A DNA stretch of 63,628 nt, the filler included, from Reclinomonas americana ATCC 50394 (lineage: Eukaryota), in NCBI GenBank assembly GCA_048213135.1. It is 19 parts of 19 records of this genome, joined end to end, with 100 filler letters (N's around TTAATTAATTAA, not from the genome) between each part and the next. Parts side by side here need not be neighbours in the genome. Positions count along the whole stretch, not along the records: positions 23,861 to 25,648 come from AFZH01017836.1; positions 25,749 to 34,925 come from AFZH01017837.1; positions 35,026 to 36,729 come from AFZH01017838.1; positions 36,830 to 42,507 come from AFZH01017840.1; 15 more parts are not named here. One strand, 5' to 3'. Shown piece after piece: positions 25,612 to 37,358 of this stretch (position 1 is the first letter of the stretch; every line of letters starts with the position of its first letter). Made by a program: the position numbers and the translations under genes. The notes beneath the pieces were generated by a model. That model saw nothing but the letters and a program-made list of their open reading frames with translations. It did not search any database and was not told the DNA's origin.

Positions 25612-28600
25612 CAGTCGCCGGCGGACAACGACAACTAGTTGGTTCGGGNNNNNNNNNNNNNNNNNNNNNNNNNNNNNNNNNNNNNNNNNNNNTTAATTAA
25701 TTAANNNNNNNNNNNNNNNNNNNNNNNNNNNNNNNNNNNNNNNNNNNNTGAAACCAAGCGTCTCAACGACAACGACCTACCTGTCATTCGGGTGACACCC
25801 GTCAGCAACGACGGCGCTGCCACCAATGCGTACACGGCCGGTACGATGCACCGATTGGCGCCCTCGGCCATGCAGGTGGAGAACAAATCTTGGTGGCTTC
25901 TGTGTGCGTGGAACGAGAAAGACAACTGAGTGCAACACACACACGCGCGAGGCAAGCACAACAAGGTGCGCAACATGGCAAAGCTCTTGAGCAGCGTGCC
26001 AAAGCCGCGGCCGAGAAGAGCGCCAATGCACAGCGACGGGATGAAGAGACCGGATGGCACCTGGGAGACATGAATGAGCGCCAATATAGGTGAGTGTGTG
26101 CGAGTGCCAACCAACCATGATGCCAATCGTGATGATGAGGAAGCCGAACTTCATCAGCGCAGCCAGGAAAAAGTATGCACTCTCCGCCGTGCCCGTGCTG
26201 GACACAGAAGGGTGAGACGTCAGCACAGTGCAGAGAATGGTGCTGCTGATGGTGGCAACGCACGGACACAATCCGTGAGTGTCGATGAACAGCTGCGCAT
26301 CGCAGTCGGTGAACATGGCCGCCAGCACATTGAGCGACGATCGTCTGCATCATCGCAGCAAGCATGAGAAAAAGAAGTAGAAAGCATAAGAGCGCTGCGT
26401 GCGCGCACCGAGTGAGCTCGTTGGGATACGCCACAAGCGTGGTGGCCACCGTGAGCAGGGCCACCTCGGTGATGGGCCAGTCTCGAATCCAGCGCGTGCG
26501 CATGCGGAAACGCATCCACAATCGGTTGAGGCGACAAAAGACGCCGCCGAGAATGCCGCACACAAAGCCGAGCAGCACAAAGAAGATCATCTCAAACCAC
26601 TTCCACGGAATGTGGAAGCTGACTTGGAAGAGCACCAGCTTGTCATTGATGTTCGGGCCCAGCAGCTGCACACACACACAAAGCGCGCAAGAATTGGCAA
26701 GATCCCAAAAACCGTGCTCACACACAAAGACGCACCGACAACACCACAACGGAGGTGATCGAGGCAAAGAAGGAGCGCCACATGATCTTGTGCGACCAAA
26801 AGTACGTCGTCTCCTCCAGACTGAACAGCACGCCGCCAAGTGGTGCGCCGAAAGCCACGGCAATGCTGGCGGCACACGATGTGGACAGAATCTCTACTTT
26901 CTTGACTGTATTGTTGTGAAAGGGTGAGTGAGCACCGGTTGTTGCTGTTGACACATCTGCATGTCTCACAATCACTCACTCTCACACGCACACGGCACTC
27001 ATTCGGTCACTCACTCCCGCTTCTCTTCACTCACTCACTGCCTCCCAAGTTCTCTCACTCGCGCCCACTCCCTCTTCTCTTCCCTCACTCCTACCTCCTC
27101 TTCCTTTCCCTTTCTCACACACACTCTTCCCTTCCTCCCTCCCTCATTCCCACCCTCTTTGTCTCACTTTTCCTTTCCCTTTCTCTCACACACTCCCACT
27201 GACTCGCTCCCATTCCATCCTCTCTGTGTCACACACTCCTCTTTTCATCCCTCACTCTCACTCAATTCCTCTCCAATTCCTCTTCCTCTTCCCTCTTCCA
27301 ACTTTCATTCACTCCCCTTCCCTTCCCCTCCCCTTCTTCCCTTCCCTCTCCCTCCCTCTTCCTTTCCCCATTCTCTCACACACCCCCTCCATCCTCTATC
27401 ACTATCTCTCCCTCTTCCCTTCCCCTTCTCCCTCTTCCCTTCCCCTCTCTCCCTCCTATCGCACCTGGATTCATCCTGAACTTACGGAAGAGGCGACAGC
27501 AAATGTTGCCGATGCAGCACGAGAGATGCACAAAAGGACCCTCCTTGCCGAGAGTCAGTCCGGAGGCCACCGCCAAGCACTACCCACGCACAGAAATGAA
27601 CATCGCGCAAACAAGCAGCGATGCTCTCTCTCGCGCGCGCGCCTGCAACGCACCGTGCCAACGACCTTGACGACGAGGGTCCACAAACCGAGGAAGCCCT
27701 TCATCACAGCACCGCCCATGATGGTCTTGATTTCGGGAATACCAGAGCCGGCCGCGTACGGACTCAGGCTCTTCACCATCCAGCACGACAGCGTCGCAAA
27801 GGCAACCTGCGAGGCGTGCAATCAGCGCACTCATGCACACTCACCAACAACCACGAGATCAACGCACCCCAAACACGACGTAAAACAAAATGCCGGACCC
27901 ACTGAACGTCAAATCATCCCACGATCTCCAACTCGTGCACGGCATATTGGAGGTCACTGCCACACAGCCACACATCAGCACCATCACACAAAGCTCATCA
28001 CCACCACGACCACAAGTAACCTTCTTCTAAACAACACAAGTCATACGACTGGAAGAACCACGTCGTGCAAATGCCGGCCTTGAGGCTCTCGGCGTACTCG
28101 GTCCACTTGTTCATAAACACCGCAATGATGCCCATCAGCGCGGCTCCGACCAGCGTCACCAGCCAGCCTTGCGACGCCAGATACGCCGTATACAGACTGC
28201 GCCTCCATCCCGTGTACTGCAAAAAAAATAAAATGCGCGCGTGGTATAAGAGACAGACATTGAATGCAACGGAGATTCCACGTACTTTGAGTCGTTCCTC
28301 CATCTCCGTCTCCCATCCCACGCCCACGTTACTGTTCCAGTCTGCACGCACGCGTCAATGAACAGCGGAGAACACGCTCTCTGTCCACCGTGCGTCACTC
28401 ACCGACAAGTCGAATGCGCTTGGAGCCTGAGGCCGCCGCAGGTGCGACCATTGACACTGGCTGCTCACCTCCTTTTCCTCCCTCGCCACCGCGCGAGCGC
28501 GACCTTTGTCTCCCTCCTGAGGCGGGCACTGTCGCGCCAGAGGCGAGCAATGGCCCAGCAGAGGACGAAGACACCAAGAGCGGCTTTGATTCTCGATCAT

Positions 28601-28907
28601 CCATATCATCATCATCATCATCATCCATGGTCATTCGCGGCTGCTGCTGATGACGTATGGGCTGCCGTTGTTGTTGTTGCGGCGGCGGTTGTTGTGGAAG
28701 AGGCGAGCGGAGAACGGGCGGGGAGGTGGCGCGAGGCGAGCGCAGCAACTCGTGCGGGTCGACTTGTGCATCAAACTCCTCGGTGGAGACAATGGAGAGG
28801 GTGTCGCCGGAGTTGCCGAGCGCTTGTTGGACGTTGCCTGTGCGCGCTGGGTAGGACCCGGCGGCACTGCCGCGTCGCCCTGTGCGGTTGCTCATGCCCT
28901 CCGTCAC
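24708..28907 (-). CDS. ClC chloride/proton exchanger (ClC-3/4/5/Gef1-like) with two CBS domains, spans gap 25649-25748
   Basis: [43 protein letters not shown]-terminal CBS pair (VRDIMRP..FRGYPVI..; [25 protein letters not shown]). Confidence 0.95.
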
Positions 28908-29034
28908 TCACTCAATACGTGCAAGGAGGACAACGGAGGACGACTGCTGCAGTCTTTTCTTGTGTGTTCACTGCTTTGTCAACCATCTGCTCTACTTGTT
29001 GCTGCTACTGCTGCTGTGGCGCAAAACAAGCCGT

Positions 29035-32000
29035 TCAGCAGCGCACAGGCCACTCGTAGTACTCGACGTCGGGGGATTCCTTGAATGCCGCCAGCTCGTC
29101 GCACATGACGACGCGCACGCCAGCTGCAACGAAAGATTAGACGTAATCAAGCACGGGGGAGAGGACATATGAAGCCACGTGCCTGTAGGCGGCGGCGGCA
29201 TCTCCACGCCGAGTCCGTAAATCTTCGAGACGACGACGCGACGTTCGGGAGCGCCCGGCATCACGTGTCGATCGTACAGCTCCAGCAGCCTCTGCAACGT
29301 CACCTTTTGCAGGTTGGCAGCCTCCTCCACGTACCGCTTGAACTTGTAGTTTTGCTCCGAGATCTCATCCCAGACGCTGAGTGAGACACGCCACACGATG
29401 AGTTGACCTTGTTTTTTTTCACCCTCGACAAACAATAGATGGACGACGCACCGACGGCTCTCGCCCTTGAGGTCGCGATCCTTCTCCAGGCGCGCCGAGA
29501 CAAGGGCGCGGATGCGCGACTGCAAATCGCTCTCCTCCGTGGCGGCCAGTGTGGCTCGGAAAGATTCGACAAAGGCCATGATGCGCTCGGTGATGGCCTC
29601 GGGATTGTGCGACGAGCTCTGCACGACAACGCGAATGCCGTGCACACCGTCGTCCTGACGCAGCGAGGCATACACCACGTAGCCACTGCGACGAGCGTGA
29701 GCGTGTCGTCGACAATAATTTTTGGCTGACGGGAACGCAACAGTTGCTCCACCGTGCGCAGCTGCGTGTATGCCGGTGTCTCAATGGCACTCTCCAGCAC
29801 ATACGCAAGTGCGTCGTCTTGCGGATTACGCGGTCCGAACTGCGCAAGGGTAAGAGTGAGAGAGAGATGGAGAAGCGGAAGTGGAGGTGCGATGGGGATG
29901 TTGAGAGCGAATGAGAAGTAAGTGGGTGAGTGCAGCAGGGATTATACGACGAATTCGAATCTCTCTCTCTCTCCCTCCCTCCCTTTCCTCCGTTCCTGCT
30001 CACCTGGAAGACAACTTCGACGGCACAGTTGCCCTCGTCTGGATTGGGTGCCCGACGCCTCAGCTCCAGTGTGCGATCCACCGGCACACGCACGATGCGG
30101 CGGTTCGGCACCTCGGCCTGCGGCAGCGGTCCGAAACGTAACTGCGAGTGGATGAGGTCGCCGATGCGCTGCGCCTCCTCCACCGTCTTGTTGCCGTAGA
30201 CGAGCCCTTCGATCCACAGACGCTCAAAGAAGCGGCTCCGATAGCTCATGAAATCCTCATAGTTCAGCGCTGTCATCACAGGTGAGAAGTCATGTCATCC
30301 CTCGCCATCCCTCCCAACTGCCAAACCATCACCGCACGCCAAGTATTCGTCGAAAAAGTAGCGCTTCTCCTTCAGCAACCCCAGTGTGTTGTAGGTGATG
30401 TGACGGTACGGTGGGTTCATGGCAAACACGCGGTAGCGGCGCATGGTCTGCACGGTGAAGAATGAGTTTTCCAGGAGGGGGGAAGGTGCAGAGGTGAACG
30501 GTGCTGACCTGGTCTTTCAACAGCGCGAAGCGCTGCGGAGAGAAATCAAAGTCGCGCATCGTCTGCATCATGCGCTCCAGCAGCTGCGGCATGCGGTCGT
30601 CGTAGCCAAACACATTGAGCTGCAGAATACACAAGTTATGAGCACACACACACACCATCAAATGAAGCACGGGATACACAGACGCAAACCTCCAGTCCCA
30701 GTTGCGAATACTCAAACTCGTACTCCAGGCCTGTCGCAAGAACGCAGTGAGGCCAATGAGACACGCATTCATGTCTTATCGTGCCCACGCACCTGCAATG
30801 TGCGCAAAGTAGCCAAACTCGTTCATCGCGTCCTTGGACATGGTGCAAATCAGCGTGCCTGCACACGACATCAGAGACGTGAAGAGAGCGGCAAGACAAC
30901 TAACGCGTGCGCGCAACTGTACAAAAAGTCGAGCGGCGACGTGTACACCATGGGCGAGTACATCACCACCTGCGCCACGACCCTGTGAGCTGCAAGAAAA
31001 AAACACAACTCCTTCACAGAAGTAATGGGCAGACGCAACTCGCACGGCGGCCTTGGCACGCTTGAAATGCGCCGTCCGCTGGTGCCACAGCACGAGGCCT
31101 TCGGCGTCCACCACCTTGGTCGGAAGCGTCTCCTTGTCCTCCTCTGGTGTGCCCTTCAGGCGCAGACTCTGCGGAATGAACGGGTTGCGCTCCGGCAGAT
31201 GCAACTCAGGCACAATGGCACTCGTCTTCCAGCGCGCGACCTCGACGTCGGAGAAGCGACGAATAGTGTGCGGCGTGCCGTACCACTTTTCCGTCATGTC
31301 CGCCGAGTCGGCAAAACGCTTCTCGCACCGCACCACACTGCAGCGCCGAGTGAGTGACATAGCCAAAGGAAAGCAGCAAGGACCGTGCGTGCTCACAAGA
31401 GATTTTCAGGTACGAGCTGGTCGAGGAATCGGCTGATCAAGTCGGGATTGAACGAGAAGAAGAGCTCGCCACCGGCCACCGCATGCTCCGGAGAGAACTT
31501 TTGCATGCCGGACGCCAACGTCGACACCACATTGCTGCTGCGCTTCTTGTCGGCCTGGTCAAAAGTAATCTGGCTCATGCGCTGCAACTCGTCAAAGACC
31601 CACTCCTGCGGACCGGCCTCGCGCACCAGTCGAATGTACTGGAACACTGTGTCGATCACATCCTCCACTCGGTCTGTGCCTTCCGAGTAAGTTTCCCTTT
31701 GCAAGCAAAGTGGCCACTGTTGGGCGCACTGCTGACATACCGCGACCCTCCTGCGTGAGCTCCATCTCCACCATGAACGTGCCGAGGCTGCGCGACGAGT
31801 ACTGCGTGCCGGCGACCAGCTGATCCACCCAGCCGCGCTTCTTCAGCACCGACAGAATGCTGCCGGGGCCCTGTTGAACCGAAAAAAGGTCAATCCTAAG
31901 AGGAGGAGTCCCAGAATCAGAAAACAGCTACCTCGTGGCCGATCAGGTGCGACAAGTAGTTCTCGGGCTTGTACTCGTACAGCGGCTCCGTCGACATGGT

Positions 32001-33616
32001 GGGGAAGAAGAGCGTCACATCGTGCACATCGCGCACCGGCACCACATGGAAGTAGCGCTGTTGGAGATGGGAAGGGCAGAGTGAGCAACAACTGTGATTA
32101 TGGCCTTCACACATGCACACGCACCATCAAGTGCTCGTCCTCAAACGGCTTGGCCTGCCAGTCCGGCAGCTCCACGCCCTTGTTCTCCACGTTGCTGAAC
32201 TTGGCGCGCGCCAAGGCCTCGAGCTCGTCAAGCGAGTCTGTGACGCAGGTGATTCAGTCAGTCACACTTCCACTCCGCCGGCTGGCGCAAGCACGCAACT
32301 GCGTCCGAGAATGGCCAACTTCATAATGTTGGCCGAGTAGTGCTTCTGGTGAAAGGCCATCACCTCGGCGTGAATGTTGATGCCGGCGGCGGCGGGTCCG
32401 TCGCGGAGCGACGCGAGATTGCCCGTGCCAAACTTGGAGAATGGGTGCGCCGGGTTGGACGACGACTTGAGCAACTGGAAGCTGCGCCAGTGGTCCTGCT
32501 GCAGGTTGTTGGCGTTCTCTGTCCGGCAAAGTCAGTCTCTTTGCAAGAAAAAGAGGAGGAGGAGGTGGAGGGCAGTCGGACTTGCCATTGTGCACGGCAT
32601 TGAGCTCGCGATCGACACAGCTGGCGTCGAAGAGCGGTGACTTGAAGAACTCGGAGAAGCGATCGAGAGCTTCCTCCAGCTTGTCGTAGTGCACCGCGAA
32701 GTAGTAGTTGGTGTTCTGCGAGAAAAGGGAGAAGGAGATGAGGAAAGGGCATAGGGGGAAGGGGAGGAAGAGGAGAAGGGAGGGAGGGGAAGAATAAGGG
32801 AAAGGAGGAGGAGAAAGAAGAAGGATGAGGAGGAGGGGGAGGAGGAGGAGGAGGAGGAGAAGGAGAGGGAGGAGAACGGGGAAGGAGAAAAGGGAGAAGA
32901 AGAACAAGAACAAGAAGAAGAAGAGGAAGAGGAGGAGGAGGAGAGGAGAAGAAGAAGAAGGAAGAAGAAAAGGGAGAAGGGGAAAGAAGAAGAAGAACGA
33001 ACAAGAACAAGAAGAAGAAGAACAAGAACAAGAACAAGAACAAGAACAAGAACAGGAAGAAGAAGAAGAAGGAAGAAGAAGAACAAGAACAAGAACAACA
33101 ACAACAACAACAACAACAACAAGAACAAGAGGAAGCAAGCAGGAGGAGGAACAGGTGGGGGATATCAGGAATGAGTTGCAGACAACTTGCCTCCATGTTC
33201 GTCCATGCATTTGAGTCGCCGCCATTGGCCGACAGGAATGCGCTGTAAGAGCTCTCCTCGGGATACTACGACACAAAGCAAGTGAGTCTCAGTGCACCAT
33301 GAGAGTGCGTGAGAAAGAGAGAGTGAATGTGTTTGACCTTTGCAGTGCCCAAGAAGCACATGTGCTCACAAAAGTGCGCCAACCCGGGCAACTCCTCGGG
33401 GTCGGAGAAGTGGCCGACGTGCACGTCCAGTGCAGCAGCCGCCTGTGTGCACAGTGGCATGTGAGTGAGAGAGAGCAAAAGAGAGAGTGAAAAGTGTCAG
33501 AGTGCGCATGCCTTTTCGGTCTTGGGGTCGTGCACAAGCAGCACGTCCATGCCGTTGGGGAGGCGCACGTGGCGGTACTCACACTCGTCGACTTGGCCTT
33601 TGATCACAGTGGACAT
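29035..33616 (-). CDS. IDE: Insulysin / insulin-degrading enzyme-like metallopeptidase (M16A), about 19 introns
   Basis: [15 protein letters not shown] (HxxEH), [41 protein letters not shown] and [12 protein letters not shown]. Spliced frame is essentially continuous to TGA at 29035. Confidence 0.95.
32720..33150. repeat. Intronic GGA/GAA/GAACAA microsatellite tract in IDE
   Basis: Directly visible. Similar CT/GA/CA/GAGT tracts lie at 1-250, 13500-13629, 36830-36970, 37150-37320, 42608-42980 and 45390-45585. Confidence 0.9.
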
Positions 33617-34139
33617 CGCGTGAGCTTTTCTTCTCTCGGAGTGGTGTTGAGGACGTGAGGGAAGGACAACTCCGTCGTCGACGTGACTTCCACTTGCACA
33701 TGCCCTGAGATCCAGCCTCGATTCTTCACCGGTTATTGACCTCCACGGTTGAACATGGTCAGTAGTGAATGATGCAATGGTAAAGGATCCAGGATCGAGT
33801 CCACAGAGTCGACGCAGATCATGCATGCTTTCAAGACGGCAGGAGGTCATCAAAATGGCTAGCAGCCTGCCTGGACGACCGATCAATCCAGGCATACTAT
33901 TCGCATTCCCGTGAGTGATGAGTCTGTGAGCGACGAGGCTGCAGCTGTCCAGCACGCACTGAAATCCCAGTCCCAGTCCCAGCACCCGTCACTGGCAATG
34001 AAGGGCTGATTCCACCGATGAGCTAGACGCCGGAGAGGTCGAGGATGGCCAGTAACCATGAACCTGCTGTGGCTGACAGGAGCTTACAACTAATACTATC
34101 CAATTCTTTATGAGTGAACTTCGCGAGTCGGGTTGGCTC

Positions 34140-34925
34140 TCACTCGCCGCCAATGACACGGATCATGTGAGCATCCACGTAGCAACCGTGACTGGGAAAC
34201 AGCACACAGCAATGCATAAGACAACGGGGGACACAGACACCGTCGGCATTTGGGTCCACACCTTTCGTCGCATCCCATGGCCACGGCCTCCGGAGGCAGC
34301 CTGTAGCGCTTCTTCAGCTTACGCTCCCACATAACAAATAGCTTCCCGGCATCGCGATGTTCGTACACGCCCGCCAAGCGCCCTTGGTCTGCACAATGTA
34401 CATGCAATGTCAGTTGCGGGAAAGCGACAACAAGACGTTTGACGCCACTGGAAACGTATGTACCGCCGACTTGCAAATCGTCGAGGATCGGCTTGATGCA
34501 TTCAACACGGCACCTGCGGTCCAGCACATTGATGTGGTCCATCACGTGCTGCGCGTACGCGTCGTCGTCGGGGAACGCTTCGCGCGGACGAGCGACAACT
34601 GCACCGATTGGATCTGTCAGGTAAACACCAAACAACAATAGTTCGACTGCATGTGCGACGCACACATCGGAGGCGCGGGGCCATCGGCTTCGGCTCCGAC
34701 AGCGGCGCGAAGCCTCTGCATTCCACGCTTGCCAGTCAGTGCTACGCGCTTCGACTCTACATTCTCTATCACAAACACCACACCGTCTCGATTTCGTGCA
34801 GTACAACCAGATCGTGCGAACGCATGGCCTCCAGATCTGCAACCTTTGCTTCTTGCGCAGCGATCCGCTCAAATCCACGTCTGGCCGTGTTCTCGAGTTC
34901 CATCGCCAACCGATCCATCTGCATC
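34140..34925 (-). CDS. CPH-like (CUL7/PARC/HERC2) domain protein, paralog A; 5' end in gap
   Basis: Spliced REAFPDDDAYAQHVMDHI..CRVECIKP..LQVG|DQG..LFVMWE..RLPPEAVAMGCDE|SHGCYVDAHMIRVIG follows the CPH pattern R..F....YA.YVRD.L..GMRVR....GD.G...V.W....YWV..HM.E.LG. Preceded by a coiled-coil segment. Confidence 0.7.
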
Positions 34926-35043
34926 NNNNNNNNNNNNNNNNNNNNNNNNNNNNNNNNNNNNNNNNNNNNTTAATTAATTAANNNNNNNNNNNNNNNNNNN
35001 NNNNNNNNNNNNNNNNNNNNNNNNNGGTTTGTGCTCTTGTCAG

Positions 35044-35891
35044 CTGGAGGAGGTGCGAAGTCGCATCGAGCGTTTGCTACAAATGGCCGATGCGCAGACG
35101 AGAGCGGTGGAGGCACCTGATCCAGACGAGAACCCCTCGACGCCGGCGGTGCAACCGGTGTCGATGGATTCGCAATATGAAGTGGATACATTCCAATTGG
35201 GCCAAGGCAGTACGAGCATTGTGGCTGCTGAGGAACCAGCTCCGCAGAGTGTAGTGGTGCAGTCGGTGGCGAGTCACGAACGGGTGCAGCGTCCAGTTCC
35301 CAATATACGGCCAACACGCCCGCCGCGACCACAGCCGCCGGGCCCAAGCATCGATTTCTCCACATACATACCCCCGTCCGGCGAAGTCAAGGGTCGCGAA
35401 AAATTCCCGAATGACTTTGAGTACGGCTGTTGCGTCACCATGGATATCATGCTGTCTTCTTGTGCATGTGCTCAAGGTCAATCACCGTTGCAGTACACGT
35501 TCGCGGGCACCTGATCCACCTGTGTCTCGTTCGTGCGCTCGCCACACGTGGCGATGGTCCATATCGCACTGTACAGGCTGGCATGTGTGGTGTGTTCTTT
35601 GATTATCCGAGCAACGGGCCAAAGCAGTGCCTGGTGTTTTGGGATGACTCGGGTTACGAAGAGCAGCACAAGCTGCGATTGCAGACGTTGCGTACCTCAT
35701 ACATGCTTGTTACAGTGCAATGCGGGAGCAGGAGGTTCTCAACTGTTGCGCAAAAATGCAGGCGGATTCCCGCGGAGGCCATTTCTATGGGATTTGATCG
35801 GAAGAAGGCTTGGTGGTTCAGCGCCAGCGACTTGGAGATTCTTCTGGTCCCTCCGCTGGCCAATGTTGGAGGCAGCGGCATCCAACGATGA
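35044..35891 (+). CDS. CPH-like domain protein, paralog B; 5' end in gap
   Basis: Spliced REKFPNDFEYG|LHVRGHL..CLVRAL..VQAGMCGVF..CLVFWD..|RIPAEAISMGFDRKKAWWFSASDLEIL, clearly homologous to paralog A. Confidence 0.7.
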
Positions 35892-35929
35892 CGCTTAGTA
35901 GGTGTAGGGAAGGAGAAGGGTGATGGCGA

Positions 35930-36190
35930 AAGGGGCAAGGTGACGGAAAGAATGACTGACTGATGACGGTTGAGACATTTGGGAACTGTGAAGGACAGGA
36001 TGGGAGACATGGTCATGTGCCCTTGAGAGACGCCACGGAGCGGAGGAAACTGACATGGGAGATGGCCATGGAGGAGGAGGGGCCAGAGGAGGACGTGGAT
36101 GAAGGGCTGAACTTTGTTGACCAGAGAATTAAAGGAGCACGATTTGTTCGTTATCTTCATGGAAGAGGGGAGGAAGGCTGATTGATGGGC
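35930..36190 (-). mobile_element. Degenerate non-LTR retrotransposon reverse-transcriptase fragment
   Basis: LLLHGHLPCQFPPLRGVSQG..MSPILS resembles the LINE RT segment V.VNG.LS..F...RGVRQG.PLSP.LF. No YADD motif seen. Confidence 0.5.
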
Positions 36191-36862
36191 GGTGGTGGAA
36201 GTCGTCAGCTTGCTTGAATATCGTTCTTGTCGTCTGGCGGAGACGGTACACATGATGTTCACGTATTCCGACGACAGACTTGATGCCTGGCTTTGATTGT
36301 TGTCTGCGCAGACAACACCAGGCAGCGCGGCCAAGTCCGGCAAGCTGTCGGCAAACACCGTGTGTACCAAAAACATCTCCGCCGACAACAAGACAAAGGA
36401 AACAACAAACACCAATAGTGCACTTCAAGTCACAAATTGAATCAGTTCGGGCCCGTTCCGTTGTCACCAGTCCGTTTCGGGACGATGCCACCAGAGCCAA
36501 ACACCAGTGTATTGAAGACGATGTTGAAGCTGGATGCTGCAGTAGCGACACGATGGTTCTAGCAATGTAAGTGTGTTGCTGTCAGAAGCAACATTACTGC
36601 TGACAGACTGGCTTTACATCCTTCACTCTTGTCACACGTCGTGGAATCTCTTCCCGACTCTCTCGCACAGTCACTGACTCTGGTGCTCGCTCAACATGCA
36701 AGTCACGATCTCGGCAGTGTTACTGTTTGNNNNNNNNNNNNNNNNNNNNNNNNNNNNNNNNNNNNNNNNNNNNTTAATTAATTAANNNNNNNNNNNNNNN
36801 NNNNNNNNNNNNNNNNNNNNNNNNNNNNNCTCTCTCTACTCTCTCTCGTCTCGTACTCTCTC

Positions 36863-36969
<107 letters not shown>

Positions 36970-37358
36970 TTGCGCCTTTTTGCACTTGTGTGTTACCGTT
37001 GTACTCTTTGTGCCCTTCATGTGGCCACAGCAGTGCGTACCCTCCCTCGCTCAGTATGTGTTTGTGTGAATGTGTTGAGCTCCGCATCTGCTTTCCCCTC
37101 AATGTGATGTGATGATGATGATGGAGAGTGCATCGTGTCTCTCTCCCTCTTCCTCTTCCTCTTCCTCTTCCTCTTCCTCTTCCTCTTCCTCTTCCTCTTC
37201 CTCTTCCTCTTCCTCTTCCTCTTCCTCTTCCTCTTCCTCTTCCTCTTCCTCCTCCTCCTTCTCTTCCTTCTTCTTCTTCTTCTTGTTCTTGTTCTTGCTC
37301 TTGTTCTTTTTCATCATCATCATCATCGTGGACTGTCGTGATTCATTCCCTGGTGCAG

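Noticed and set aside
32254..33276. Long low-complexity ORFs over CT/GA tracts (also 17336-18586, 3040-3947, 23192-23816)
   Set aside because: Microsatellite-rich introns or intergenic DNA that lack stops by composition.
29035..33616. Alternative genetic code or stop-codon readthrough
   Set aside because: Apparent in-frame stops vanish once introns are removed in IDE, ADA, ClC and the four-repeat gene. TAA, TAG and TGA all serve as terminal stops.
33620..34100. Minus-strand ORF with SHVDD as an RT active-site remnant
   Set aside because: No other RT motif nearby; a single short match is not enough.
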